Shown in pieces: positions 46,433-61,831 of a stretch of 64,000 nt of DNA (its first letter is position 1; every line of letters starts with the position of its first letter). The position numbers and the translations under genes are program-made. The stretch lies in NCBI GenBank assembly GCA_002633005.1, contig NMRA01000015.1, positions 256,054 through 320,053 on the forward strand. The letters run 5' to 3'. This DNA is from Phoronis australis. Taxonomy: Eukaryota > Animalia > Phoronida. The notes beneath the pieces are model-generated. The model searched no databases. It worked only from the letters and a program-made list of their open reading frames with translations, and was not told where the DNA came from.

Positions 46433-48779
46433 ACTGTGTTGTGTAATAAGCTGGCAGATAATTGGCCTGCCTGTTGTCATACCAGACAAAAGACTGAGCT
46501 TCAGTTGGCAGTTAACAAAGGAGCTAGATGTTATCACATGCTCACAACCTCTACGTCGGGTAACGTCACTGAACAGGAGAACGCCGTCATGGTTTGAGGG
46601 CTTTGTGGACGTTAGACTAGTGTAACTTGACCCACATGTGTTTACTTACTTCACATTATCGAGGTGGGGTAACTTGTTCTAGGGTAACATGCGCCTCTCA
46701 TCCCTATCTGTCCAAAAACCTGGGGCATGGCGGAAGTAATTATCAGCTGTAGTAACCTGCCATATTTGCTCAGGTTGTTCATTGTCATGCAGAGCGACAA
46801 CTTGAGCCTAGTGTGTACTGTGGATGCTCCACTTGAAGTAGGGCAAGTTGTCCCAGTGTAAGTCTGGGACATGCTATAAACTCCAGGGAGCTAAGCAGCC
46901 TATGAAATGGGTTTAGAGGAGGGGATGTCGTGTGGCTGCATGCATGATCCAATGGTTGCATTTTAATTTTCAATTTTCTGCTATAGTTTCAGGTACCATT
47001 TTCAAGTTCATCATTTTATTACTGATTTGGGATGTTAGTTCAGTTCAGCTTATTAAGCCACTATGGGAGAACATTTTTTTCTAATAAATTTCTGTCTGAT
47101 TGCAGAGTGAATACTGTGATTTTGGAAAGTCAGCAAATCGTTGTTTTAGGGGAACACCAAAAAACATTTGTTTGAAAGCCCTGGGGACTAGAATGGAGGA
47201 TAGGGTAATATAATAATTTAGTCAGTGCAAATACTTATCTGGACAGAACCTGCTAGGCCTTACTACATGAGCTGCGCACTCAAGGGAGCTCGGGGGAGGG
47301 CCCAGCCCCCCATGCACCATAGACTATAGTAATCTATGCATGCACTTTCAGATGTGCTCAGTGCGCCGCCCATCGCAACATAGGGCCATTAGGGGACCAC
47401 TGAGTCTATATATTGCACCCGCTCAGTTCTGCGCCGTCCATGTTAACGACCGTCAGAACAGGGCACGTAAGCCCCATCGTCTACTAGAAGGATGACTGAA
47501 CATCTATGCAGGGCTTCAAATCCGTGTTAGAACATAGATTACAGACAACAGATTCGCAACTCCGACATTTTCTTACATACATGCTAGCCAAGAGGCGCAC
47601 CGCCACTCTCCTGACATTTCTGGTACAGTTTCCGGTTAGTGTATTTTGACGAGAAATATTTGCATCTACTTTACTGTCCAAAACAACGAAAAAATATTAA
47701 TTTCGGCATTGAAACGCTTTTCAAAGTCTTTCAATAGTAGAAGTGTTGGTATTGTGAGTACTTTTGGCAATGCTACTGGTAATTAATTACAAAATTGAAA
47801 CTTCGGTGCCGACTGATTATGTCGTCTGCTTGCCCAATAGTACCCTCCAATGAGCTATATATATTTATCTCATTGGTACCCTCTGACAAAGCGCCACTTT
47901 CTATACTGCAAAAACTTTCGTTCAGCACCGACTGTGATACAGTCTGTAGCCCAATAGTTATCGGACAGTTTGTGATTTATGGTTCACATAGGCCAACTGA
48001 GAAAACTACGAAAGCATGTTTGTGCGCAAATTCCAAGGAGTACCTGTGAATGCAAAAGATACTTAACGACGTTTTTGGTTTAGAAAAATATCAATTTTGT
48101 TCGAATTAAAAAATGCGCCTCTGCAACGATTTGACTAGTTTAACCTTTGCATGTTTATAAGCAAGATTTGGATTACTGCAACATTTCGATCACCCATAGA
48201 TTATATACACCCATAGACTATAGATACTAATATCTATAGTACGACATCTAATCAACCATGGTTAAAAGTGTCCCAGAATTCTTACCGAACTCAGAGAACC
48301 AGCCTGAGCCACCCAATTTTGAAGACTGAGAGCTTCGCAGCTTGTTCTTGTCAAGGTCAACCAAGGGGGTTAACTATTGTCTTGGGGTCAACAGGCTAAC
48401 AGCCACACTAACATAATCGCAAGACTTTGCAGTCTTCAATCGTTGTAAGAAACAAAAAGTTACATTGTCGTCGCAAGCAAATTTACTTTGTATCACACTA
48501 TCTAAAGCGGGAAATTGAGCTTACCTCGTGCTCTGTGACGTCATTACCAAAAGTGATTGGTAAACGCCCTCTTATACCCATAAATGGAAATATAACTTTC
48601 CGTCTGCAAGTCAATCTTTCTGCGTTGCTTAGTTTCGATATTAAAATTGCGACACGTGCTCATATCTCCTATAAAGCAATGCACGCGCAAAACGAGCGTT
48701 TCAGAGTTGATTTGAACTGCGAAGAGGTGGCATCGGTAGTTAGTTTTCGTTTTGATTTTGCAGCTGTTTGATCTCAGAA

Positions 48780-48836
48780 ATGCGTGAAATCGTACATTTA
48801 CAAGCCGGACAGTGTGGTAATCAGATAGGTGCCAAG
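48780..48836 (+). CDS. TUBB: Beta-tubulin exon 1
   Basis: MREIVHLQAGQCGNQIGAK|GTAAGA, the canonical 57-bp first coding exon. An upstream acceptor TTTTGCAG at 48763 suggests a 5'UTR intron. Confidence 0.97.
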
Positions 48837-49056
48837 GTAAGAGCAGCAAAGCCGTCATGCATAATACATTCTAAAAATTCAACCGATTTCGAACAAAATG
48901 AGGATCAAGTGAAAAATGTGTCGAAAATATTATCTAGTAGGTAATCTTAGCTGCCGAGAATTAAGTGTGTCTTCTCGCTCACAGTTGTTCACCAATTAAA
49001 TGTGCTTTCATTTTTCAAACTTGTGCAGAGTATTGATAAAAATGATTACTTTTCAG

Positions 49057-49165
49057 TTTTGGGAAGTCATATCCGACGAGCATGGCATTGACCCAACTGG
49101 AACATACCATGGTGATTCAGATCTGCAGCTAGAAAGAATAAATGTGTATTATAACGAAGCAACAG
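49057..49165 (+). CDS. TUBB: Beta-tubulin exon 2
   Basis: TTTCAG|[36 protein letters not shown] g|GTAAC, the canonical 109-bp exon. Confidence 0.97.
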
Positions 49166-52100
49166 GTAACGATATCTCTTTTATGCAAAAATAAATTGAG
49201 TTAATCCATTAATGCCTAATGAAACAAAAAAAATCTTGAGTGAAAAACATACGTGTTTAGACCAAAGAAGGGGGATGTGAAAGTCTTGAAGTTAGCCTCA
49301 AGTTTTCTGTATTTATTAAATGACTTAGAAACTGCTCAAGAATATAGGGAAAACAGTGGTGGGGAAATTTTTCAGAATCGATTAAGTTGTTTTTGATTCA
49401 CTAAATTGTTCATACTCTACATGTCGCGTGTTTCGTCCAATTCGCACGAAATTCAAACATAACCTCTAGTTCCTTAATAGCTGGACCCCTATTGTTTTTC
49501 GTCACGATCGGATTCAAGGTGACGGATGTGGTTGCCATTTTGTTTTCAATTCAAATCTATATAGAGGCCGCAATATTTGACATACATGGCTGAAAATGAG
49601 ACGGATTATTGTACCAGACAAGTATTACAAGTGTGCTGGAAATTATTCACTTCCAGTTGGAGATGGCAGAAAGATTGACCATTGCGTATGGTAGGGTGAG
49701 CAAACCAAAATGCCAATTTCATCAAAAACACATGAACATGGTTTCAAATGAGAGATCTTTACTTGCCATTTGCTATTACTTTTTGAATTTTTAAAATCAT
49801 TGCATGGTTCTTGAGTTCTAGACCCGCAAAAATGGCCATTTTTTAGCTAATGAACCCTCAAATATTTCAAGGCAAATTTGTTGGCATGTTAAGATCTGTA
49901 ATCGAAAAACTTGGGCCCACTGTTGCTCTAAACCAAGATGACAAGTACATTCCATACAGGTAAACAACAAAATAAAAACCACACCATAAAATGTTATATT
50001 TTGCAACGGAGGAAATAATCCAAATTTTGAGATTCATTGTCGCCAGCTTGTGACAGATTATCTTTGAACCCAAAACGAAACTTAATTGTAAAAAGATAAT
50101 TTTAAACCTGAAAGAACGATGTCGTTGAAAAAGTCACCACACATTATGTACCGTTCTCCTGGTGTGTAAAAATCAAGAAATTTCCTCTATCAAGATCTAA
50201 TTTAGAATCGCGCTTGATTCAACTTTTCAAGCATTCCTTTTGTGTTGGTTCACAATACTGTGGTTAAGCTGGTCAGCCTACAGTCACACAAAGGAATCAA
50301 CAGGTGCAAGTTAAGTCTAATTTCTCAGGAACTCAACAGTTTTTCTCTATTTGAAGCTTTTTGGTAAAAGTATTTCATAAAAAAACACATCTGCTTCACA
50401 AAATTTGTTGAAAGTTGTTTGCAAATTGTATTTTTAAATATGGGTTAGGGTCAAAGGCCCTGTTTATAATTGCTGTCAGCTTATCAGATGAAAGCAGACA
50501 ATAAGAGAGCTGGACTATGTAAACATTGGTTTGTCAATGTCAAACTGATAAGGACAGGGTTGTATCCCCAGTGGCAGACCAGTCAATCCTGATACTCATT
50601 CCACAGCGCGGGTGAGTAACGATATCAAGAATTGGTAATGCTTGGCAAAAAAAGTCAATTAGGTTTTGATAATTTTTTAAAGAAATTGCAAAAAAATGAA
50701 CTTTTACAGCAAATACATACAAAAAGTGCCAAAACGTCGAAATAACGATATTTCAAAGAATTTTGTCATGAAAACCGATTATTATTTTTGAAATATTTTA
50801 TATCCTATCCATGCCACTGTAATCATAAACTACCTAACGTACTACATACTACAAAAAGGAAGCACAAATTTTAATTAAATAAATTTCAACGAAACCCTAA
50901 AATTTTCTATAACTTCAAGTCGATTATTATACAGCATGAAGAATATCGTGATGGAAACTTTGTGTAGTTAGGAACATCCAAAAGGGTCAACTTAAAATTC
51001 TAAAAGAAATTTTATGTAGTGCCATCTCGATTTTGCTGTGATTTACAGGAAAATCTAATTTTAAATAAAATTGAACTACTTGCAGCGTCCCACAAGGCGA
51101 GAAAGTGATAACAATGAATATATTTTCACTTAATGTTAAAAACTTAGTCTTATCCTAACTTTTCAACTCTAACTAATTTCAAAAATATGTACCATTTTAA
51201 GACACTTTGTTTGTCCCAAGTTTCCTGTATTTCATGAAAATTATTGCCAGAACTTGCTCTAGCGACAATTGACCAGTCATGTTCCAGATAAGCTTGAACT
51301 CTGAAGAGGTCAACATGGATTTTTAAATTTGTGAGCACCTGGCTTTTTGTGTGTGTTCCTGCATGGACCATGCTTAATCAACTGATTAAAGTTTAATTGA
51401 AATGGGTTAGGTTAAGATTGATGATGATGATGACATTGAGAGTACACTTTGAAAAAAATCAGGTCAGGAAATTAGGAGGTGGTAAATTGTCAAAATCAAA
51501 TTTTCTAATATTTTTATCAACAAAATTAAGAGTGTACACTCAGGGTTGAATTCAAAAAATTTTCACAAATCATTTGATATCAAAACCATGGGAATTGGTT
51601 CAGAAACGTCCATCCAGCAGCAAAAATTTAGCAGTGAGTAAAAAATGTGTGAAGTGCTTGCATTACTTTAATTTTTAAAACGTTCATCAATGTCCCATTC
51701 TGTTTTAATGGAGATTAATAGAAAGGAGAAAATTTAAGTATTTCGCTGGCACACTTCTTTTTTGCCATTAGTATCCTAACATATATGACCTTGTGAAAAC
51801 CATGAAAAATAGCAAAATTTCTCTCTCTGCCTTATTGATTTGCTCACCCTACCTATGGGCACTTCGATTTCGGAACAGAAACGTTTTGTCCTGTAGAGGG
51901 CACATAATTGGATCAAGAGCTTCAAAAATTTTTGTGTTGGTTTCCTCTAGCTAGCTATTTTCGAGTACTGCTTAACTGGAACTTGTTTTGAAAATGGTAG
52001 ATCTGACGCATTTTCATTAATTTTCAATTGTGCTTAAGGGTGCCATATTGAACGGGAAAAATAACGAGAATTTTTGCATGTGGATTCTTTAAGGTATATA

Positions 52101-52222
52101 TGCCCTTTCAAATGACCTGGAACAATATTTTCTCAGACTTCCTGTTTTTGAGTTATCTGAAATCAACTTCAAAAAATGCAATGTTGAAAATTTTCAAAAA
52201 ATTCTGAAATTTTGTGAAACTA

Positions 52223-54665
52223 CTGTATTCGCCCCCAATAAGCGCCCATGCCCCTATAAGCGCCCCCCCCAAGCATTTTCAGACTTTGCAAAAATGAGCG
52301 CCCAGTCCATGAACGCCATGTACATGCGAAAAATGCCTTACCTACTGCTCTAAAATTCTACAGTAGCATCTTCAATTTATCAATAAGATCCGACAATCCT
52401 GAAAAAATCATTGCGCGCACAATTTGTAGACCACGAACCTCGCCCCTATGTCGCTATTTAGCTGTGACTATACACTTCAAACTTTTGCTGTGCTTCAAAA
52501 AGAACGCAAAAGTTTTGCTGATCTTGTGAGAGACGTGTCCCATTATGGTCTGGCCTTTCAGAACAGACACAGCGTACATGTCAAAGGGATTGTATTGTAC
52601 CTTTCCCGTACAGATCTTCTCCCTCAACAGGAATCCAAATTTCTTTGTATACATGAAAACCACGAATCAAAGACTAATAAAAACTTGACCTTTGTCAAAA
52701 GCATGTGGCCAGGAAGCGCGCGCCACATACAAAACCTGTCGTTGAAGATTAGTCTTCGGGAACTATCTATTCTTGAAACATGTAGCATAGCGTTGGCAAG
52801 AAATAAATGCTGGCACTGGTATTTCCAAGTTCTTAAATACCGTAAAAACATTTGCGTTATTTATAGGGGGAGTTATATTAATCGTAACTGGTGTTTTTAA
52901 AATCAAAATGGCCCACCGATAGTGAACACTTCTGCACCCTTACACCCCCCGAATCTCCCGAAAAATAACTGTTAGACTGTCACGCATTCAGTCACCCAGC
53001 GACTCAATATCGGCCTTACTGAGAATGTTTTTTTTTATAGCAGATGAGATCAAAAAGTGATAAATAAAACGCGTTCTGCCTTTCTGGCAAAAGGTACCCG
53101 CTCATCCAAAACCTTTACGGCAAACAGATGGCGCTGGATGCAATGATGCTTTACTAACAGGCAGCGCTGCTCACAGTCATGTGACATTCTTGTCACGTGT
53201 GAACTGAATCTTGACCCAGCACCTTGACCTACATTCTACAGCTGCTAACGTCACATCGCCGTTGTGACAACGTGACATGATGAGCTCAGTGCTTCACTCT
53301 TTGTTTATACTGTCAGCTGTTATTAATCATGGCCACCAACATGTTCATAGTGCATGGTTCAGGTCGTTAAATAGATTCTATATAAGTTGAAACCACTCTC
53401 TTTTGCCGTAGTGTTGATAGAACATAAAATATTACAGACGTTTCTACTTGGTGAACCATCAGCTGCCGTGCCGTGCCACGGCCAGTCCGGTATGCTGGGC
53501 TGTTGTTGGCTAACGAGACAATGAACGAAAAAGAAAATATCGCAAGAGAATAAAACCTAATATGTATATCACCATGTATAATTCAAGCATAATTAAAAAA
53601 TATAGTGGTTATATTTCAACCTAATTAAAATTATGGTGTTGAGTTGCCAAAATCTCGCCGGGCGGAAAAGTGGCCGGGCCCGGTTTAGTAGCCTCACCAT
53701 GGTCACGTTCATTGAATATATATTTTACCCCAGCGTTTAGGCCGAGCAACCACAACAGCATAGATTATGAACACTTTCATCTTAATTATATGTTATAAAT
53801 AGTTATTACAAATGGGGTTTTAAACATGGAATGTTGGACACAAAGATTTCTTTTCCACACTGAAGTTCGCCACTCATCAGGACATACACTGTCTGGTTCT
53901 TGAACTCACGTGACCTGTGGCTACAGTCAGCAGCAGAAGAATGTAGGTCAAGGTGCTTGGTTAAGATTCTCTGGCAGACAGTCTTATTTGAGCGATAAAA
54001 TGAAACGTGATTGGTGAGAAGCGCCATCTGTTTGTCGTAAAGGTTTTGGATGAGCGGGTACCTTTTGCGCCTTACTGCTTGTGTTATCTTTAGTTGCAAA
54101 CTTAGATCGTTACATCGCGTTTACCCTGGAAAATGAACTCTGATGACACCCACATGCTCAATAATTGACACAATACGCAGCCGAACTTCAAAACAAGTGT
54201 CACGTGACAACAATATGTGTGTTCGTCTAGATTTTTCTCGTGTTGCGGGTACGATCTAGCACAGATTTGGACTTAATATGCAGTTAATCCGGACTGCACA
54301 GGAACTTGAATATGTTAGGGACGCTATTTTGAACACTTATAAGCAAGACTTCAGGTAATTTGTCGAGTTGAAGCTATATTTTTACTCAAGAACTCAAGTT
54401 GACCAATCAGCGATCGCGAGGCAGCTACACATTGGGGTTTTCTCGGAAAAATGCTCGTAATTCAACAACAAAGTTTTGATAGCAATGCACTGCAATTAGG
54501 TAGAAACTCATAGGTTACAGATGCGTCACAGAGCGTGAATTTGATGAATTCTGGCTTACGATTTCACCTGTTTTGGAGACCTGGTTTGAACCACTTTAGG
54601 CTGTAGCACACCCCTTCCTGAAGCGAATTTTTCTAAGCGCCGTCGGCGCTTAAAGGTGAATACAG
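52223..54665. mobile_element. Tc1/mariner/pogo-like non-autonomous element with HIRAN-like remnant and nested insertions, in tubulin intron 2
   Basis: TA|CTGTATTC...GAATACAG|TA termini with TAAGCGCC subterminal motifs. The minus strand reads NPFDMYAVSVLKGQTIMGHVSHKISKTFAFFLKHSKSLKCIVTAK. Confidence 0.78.
53087..54068. mobile_element. Mutator-like non-autonomous element nested in the Tc1/mariner-like element
   Basis: ~48-bp TIR GCAAAAGGTACCCGCTCATCCAAAACCTTTACG(G/A)CAAACAGATGGCGC. 9-bp TSD GCCTTTCTG / GCCTTACTG (8 of 9 match). Confidence 0.8.
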
Positions 54666-55061
54666 TAATTTGTTTGAGTTTTGAATGGGCTTTCAGATGT
54701 TTTCCATTTTTCGCTACATCTCGTTTTCGAATCGGGATTATCTGATGACGCTGTTCCTTTGTTGACTGATTTTTGCTGCACTTTTGTTGGTTTATCGTCT
54801 ATTGAACAAGACTATATCTCTTACTCATTTCTGACATATTCATTCATCACATGATTGTTATCATCATGTTCATCAGCGACTTTATCATCGTCATCTCTAT
54901 TGTCGCCTTTCTGTTAATTTCACCAAGTGTCGCTCCTGAGCACTTTCAGTTCTTAGATTTCAGTGTTTTTCTTAAGTGATGATGTTGGTGCCAAATCAAC
55001 AAATCATATCACTTGTCAACATCCCTGGAAGAGATATGCAAATATTATATTCGTTTCTTAA

Positions 55062-56264
<1,203 letters not shown>

Positions 56265-57652
56265 ACAAGAATAACACAATTTTTACAATTGGGCCTCAAT
56301 AATAAACTGTCTTCTGGAAAAACACCTCAATGGTTATTTCTTTTAAAATTAAGACTATATTTTTATAAGTATTTGTACGTAAGTTTAGTTAAGTAGTGCA
56401 TGTTGGGCTAATTTACTGACAATACGAATTATTGTTAACCATGGTCCATGTGTTGTTGTATAAGCAGGGTAAAGAATAAACCAAGAACTTATTAGCAGAA
56501 TTAATACTTGTTGATTTTACAAAGTAGCATGACTTTGTACATATCCATTCAGGTGCAAAAATCAGAAAATGTACATGCAACTTGATTTGACAACAAAATG
56601 TGAGCTCCCACCAAATATTATGAATTTGTGGAAAATATCTTTTTGCCTATTTTACATTCTTCTGACAATACATGTATACATGTCTCCACGGAATATTGTT
56701 GAAATGCGCTACCTGAACAAAAACCTGTGGCCCATTCAAACAAAAACTTGATTTGGCCAAGAATTCATTTTTTGAGATTGTCAAAGGATGTATTCAACTT
56801 CTGTTTTGAGACGAGTCCATCTAACCAAGTTTCTGCAGACAAACCAACTGTCGGGTTTTTACAAAAATGCTCTAAAAACACAGGGTTTGATTTGACACTT
56901 GGTTTTGATGGACAGTTTTTGTAATATTTGCCCAATGGCTTGTCGGCAACAAACTGGGAACAATTGCGCTCCCCATATTAGGAGGTTGAAAAGCAGTCAT
57001 CGCTATTTGCCTACAGTTCCAACAGATTGGGTCTTGTAAGTTACTAAGAGGTCATGTGGCAAAGTGTGCACCCATTTGGGAAACTATAATTATTGTTTAA
57101 TAAAGAGTTGAGCAATTTCTATATTTTAACCTCATTACAACATACCCTGTTTCAAACATCAACAGTGATATAATGTACAAGGGAGCGATTCACATATATC
57201 ATCACTGGAGGAGAAGGGGTTTGGAAACAATGACGGGAGGGGGGTTAGACTAATGGCGACGTCATCTTGTGGTTTATTAGAATCTGTCAGTACATAACGT
57301 TAGTTCAGACAGAAGAATTTACAAAATTCCAAAATTGAGACCTGCCGTTTCACGCTTCCGAGATTTGATATAAACACTAGGCTCACCTTATGAACACGTA
57401 CACAAACGACAGCTCCACTACATCATTGACAATCATCGAAGTAACGATACTCATTAAGTCATGATCATGACATTCAGCAACAGGCGTAGTCATGTTTTGC
57501 GAGGTATGTGATTTTCATTGTCAGCTTGTTACGCATACATGTATGCAGTGTTACGAGGGAATTTCTTTTTTTCATTACATGAAATACACCAGAGTTGTTT
57601 TACTTTGCTTCCATACTATACAGAAATAGATAAAGTGTTCTAACTTAATTTT

Positions 57653-58654
57653 ACAAGAGCAACGTGGAGTGTTGAAATGCCCTCTATTACAAAACTATTT
57701 GCCCATATAGGTGAAAATTCCACTACAGTACTCCAAAGATGCAAGCGTAGAAACTGAAATTGTCACTAAGAGGAACAGCGGTAGTCAGAGCCGTCCACAA
57801 AGTCATGGACAGTCACAGTTACATTCAGTAGACCTATAACCAAGCTCACAAAAAATACAAAATCACCAAAAGTGGAAGCCACCACAGTTGTCAGATCCAT
57901 CTGGAAATTACCACAAGAGACCGCCACAGATGTCAGATCCATCTGGAAATCACCACAAGAGACTGCCACAGTTGTCAGATCCATCTGGAAATCACCACAA
58001 GAGACCGCCACAGTTGTCAGATCCATCTGGAAATTACCACAAGAGACCGCCAGTTGTCAGATCCATCTAGAAATCTGCGTCAGCCATGATCTTTTCATCA
58101 GGAACAAAACTGCCAAGTTAAATAATAATCTTTTGAGCAGTTTAGCGGACAACGAGGCAGCCGCCAAAAACGGATTCAAAATCATGCATAGAAAAATGGC
58201 CCGTACGTGGAGCAGATTATGTCGAATCCGCCAGACAATGAAAAGTTACTGTCATCTAGCATAAGAAACACAAAGTCATCTGTTGCTACCCCCCAAGGAA
58301 CACATCTCCCAAATTCCAAAAAGATCTTCCAAAGAGCTAACAAGATACAGCTATCTACAAGAAAACAAAACTGAAGCTAGAGGGCACCAGAGCTGTAAAA
58401 CCTGTCTGAAAATTAACATCAGTTGCAGGCTTCTCATCAGGAAAAAATCTGCCACTGCTCATAATGATCCTTTGACTTGCTTAGAGGATGGAGAGGCCAA
58501 TAACAAAAGTGCACTCAAAACATTTAATGACCACCAGGTGGCACAAAATATGTTAAGTCAATCCAAAAATTATAATTTTTCATAATCTTAGAAACCTATG
58601 TGCCAAATCTTATGAAAATCCAGTAAGTAACTCAAAACATACAGAGGCAAACAT
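57653..58654 (-). mobile_element. Older, diverged HINE-family copy containing a 42-bp minisatellite (~57878-58070)
   Basis: ACAAGAGCAACGTGGAGTGTTGAAATGCCC end and degenerate internal units. GCCACAGTTGTCAGATCCATCTGGAAATYACCACAAGAGACC occurs ~4.5 times. Confidence 0.6.
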
Positions 58655-60105
58655 AACAAGAGCAACGGGGAGCGTTGAAATGCACCCTCGAATGCACTCC
58701 AAATGGGGTGCTTCTTGGGTGTTTATTTTGATCATAAAAATAACCACTGGATGGTGCAAAATACTTCGAATCCATCAAAAAACAGGTAAATGACACAGTT
58801 TTTAACAGAAAGCTATTTACCACAATGCATGAAAATCCGCCGAGAAACTTTAAGGAAAACAGCAAAACGGAAAAAATGAAATTGCCACTAGGGGACAAAG
58901 CGTTCGTCGGATCCATCTGAAAGTTGTCGTCTTCTGTTGTCAACTTCATATGAATACACGTGCTAAATTTAACAAAGATCCTGCAGATGGCTTATCAGAT
59001 ACAGCTAAGGGGGCAAAAAACAAAACAGCCACTAGGAGGCACCACAGCAACTGAAGTCGGAAAACCATCGTCAACCATCCCCTTCACACTAAGAACATAT
59101 AAGCCAATTTTCACAATTATACTACGAGTGGTTTGGTTTACAGAGGGCGGACACTAAAAACAGACAAGAAAACAGTACAAATGGCCACTAAATGGCAAAA
59201 ATTCATTGAATCCATCTGAAAACCGGAAAATGTTACCGTTTCTTTAAAAGACAGCCACTTAAAAAAAAATTAAAGGGAAATTCGTCGAGGAACTTCAGAG
59301 AAATGGAGGAAAGCGGAAAAAATGAAATAGCCACTAGGGGGCACAGTATTCATCGGATCCGTCTGAAAGTCGTCATCTTCCGTTGTTAACTTCATATGCA
59401 TATACATACTAAACTTAATAAAGATTCTGCAGAGGGCTTAGGAGATGCAGGTATTGGGACAAAATAAAACAAAACTACCACTAAGAAGCACCGCAGTAGT
59501 CGAAGTCGTCGGAAAATCATGGTCAACTGTCCTCTTCATAGTAAAAACATACATGGCAATTTTCACAATCGTCCTTAAAGTGGTTTAGTTGATAGAGGGG
59601 CGGACGCCAATAAACGGACTCCAAAATAGTAAAAATGGCCACTAGATGGCGTAAAATGTCTCAAATACATCCAAAAACAGGAGGATAGCATCATTTCATT
59701 AACACATGCCAAAATGCCAAGTTCTATGAAAATCGGTTGAGGACCCTTGAAGATACAGAGGCAAACGTAAAAAACCAAATTGTCACTAGAGGGCACAGTG
59801 GTATTCGGGGCCGATCTGAAACTCGTTGCCCTCTGTCGTCAACCCCATAGGAACACACCTGCCAAATTTCAATACGATCCTGCAAGTGATTTAGGAGATG
59901 CATACGCCAGATGCTCGGACAGAGATGACGGCAATATAAAAACTAAAGTTGCAATTAGAGGGCAGACCGGTGGTCGAATTGGCTAGAAATTCATCGCCGT
60001 CTACTTTACAGATCTACATCTGTCAAATCTCATTAAGGTCCTGCAAGGCGTTTACAGGATACAGCAGCCATAGGCACCCACATATAAATATGTGGGCAGA
60101 TAAAA
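58655..60105 (-). mobile_element. HINE/DINE-1-like element, same family as 16691-17982
   Basis: AACAAGAGCAACGGGGAGCGTTGAAATGCACCC at one end, CCCACATATAAATATGTGGGCAGATAAAAA at the other, and about 9 internal ~150-bp units. Confidence 0.8.
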
Positions 60106-61480
60106 AGGCTGCCCATATTGAAACATTTTGTTTTTCCCACCCTACTTTCAATCCTCTGACGCAGTTAGGTATGAAAATATTTGTTATGATTGGTTTGATA
60201 GCTGAAATGCTGTATTTTATTTCATTACTGAATACAACAGCAGCAAATGCAACTTACGGTGGAAAAGCAACGGGGGTGTGCCTGTGATGATATCATTAGA
60301 GGCTGGTGATGACAGAGGGGGATAAAAACTGACAAATTTTGGACGACGTAATATGTGAACGCTCCCCAACTTCCAAGTCCAAATTTTATGTAATCTATCT
60401 ATATCTATCCTCATTACAACAAAATATCATTACAACATACAGAATTTTGAAGGTCCTTGTATGCTGTACTGAGTTTTGACTGAGTGTACAGGGCAGTCTT
60501 AAATTCATTTAATAACCAACTTCAACACATCATGACACTGAAGTGCAATTATTAGATTTAAGACCAAAAATGAAAAGTAGCAGCAGATTAGGGCTAACAC
60601 AACACAACTTACTGTTACCAGAAAACTGGTGGTGAATGGCAAACACACATTTTGCTAACATTAGAAATGTAGGTAATTCATTTCCATGAACCCCTTGTTG
60701 CTTAATTTCTGTGTAACCCAAGATCAGCAATAATAAGTTGTGTTTCACTATTCCACTAGATTAGCCCGAGTATCTGACTACAGCTTCAGAGACTATTATC
60801 AGGAAGAAATATTCACATCCTTTAAACCAAAAGATGACACTCAAAATGTACACATATACAATTAAATTAACAAAAACAAGAAACATAATTAAAGCACCAA
60901 AGTTCCAACAAAGACACATGCAAATTAAGGTAGAATGTCATTGCCCTGCAACCACTGTTCCTAACAAATCACAAACACAAAACAGAGAAAGTATTCAAAC
61001 TAATGACAATTTTTATTTAAAATAATGCTTAACTGGAACTTTTGAGTTTGTAAAAGGCAGCAACAAAAGAAGCATATTTCAGCCATTTACGACTATTGCT
61101 CTTTCGAAATGTCATTCTCTTACGTTTCCCAAATCGTAGATTTAATTCACAGGTAACAAAACTCCACAAAGCTGTCTCACATTTATCCTGCTTTTTCACT
61201 TGTAAAAGACAGAACAGAAAGGGGATTGTGAGACCTGCAATGATACTTGCGACTTTATTGAAAAGCAAAAATTTGCATTTTGATATTTAACAAGTTCAGA
61301 AAAATTTGCGAGTTGCGACAAGAGAGCAAGATCTTGCTAACACTCGAGAAAAGAAATTAAAAACTCTGCCAAAGATTGGAGATGAGGAAATCTCGTGAAT
61401 GATGTTTGCAATTTGTCACCAACAGACAGACATAGCCCAGTAAAATAAGGGCTACACAAAAATTAGCCTGACACTACACC

Positions 61481-61831
61481 TGCAGTGCTGGCCATGTGAC
61501 ACTATAGCTACAGTGCTGGCCATGTGACACTATAGCTACAGTGCTGGCCATGTGACACTATAGCTGCAGTGCTGGCCATGTGACACTGCAGCTGCAGTGC
61601 TGGCCATGTGACATTATAGCTGCAGTGCTGGCCATGTGACACTATAGCTGCATTGCTGGCCATGTGACATTATAGCTGCAGTGCTGGCCATTTGACACTA
61701 TAGCTGCAGTGCTGGCCATGTGACACTCTAGCTACAGTGCTGGCCATGTGACACTGTAGCTGCAGTGCAGGCCATGTGACACTATAGCTGCAGTGCTGGC
61801 CATGTGACACTATAGCTGCAGTGCTGGCCAT
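61481..61831. repeat. Minisatellite, 28-bp unit TGCAGTGCTGGCCATGTGACACTATAGC, about 12.5 copies
   Basis: Tandem array. Confidence 0.95.

Noticed and set aside
46630-46870. Protein-like minus-strand frame (VPDLHWDNLPYFKWSIHS*...)
   Set aside because: It has an internal stop, no recognisable family, and no phase-consistent link to SWI5. At most a decayed TE fragment.
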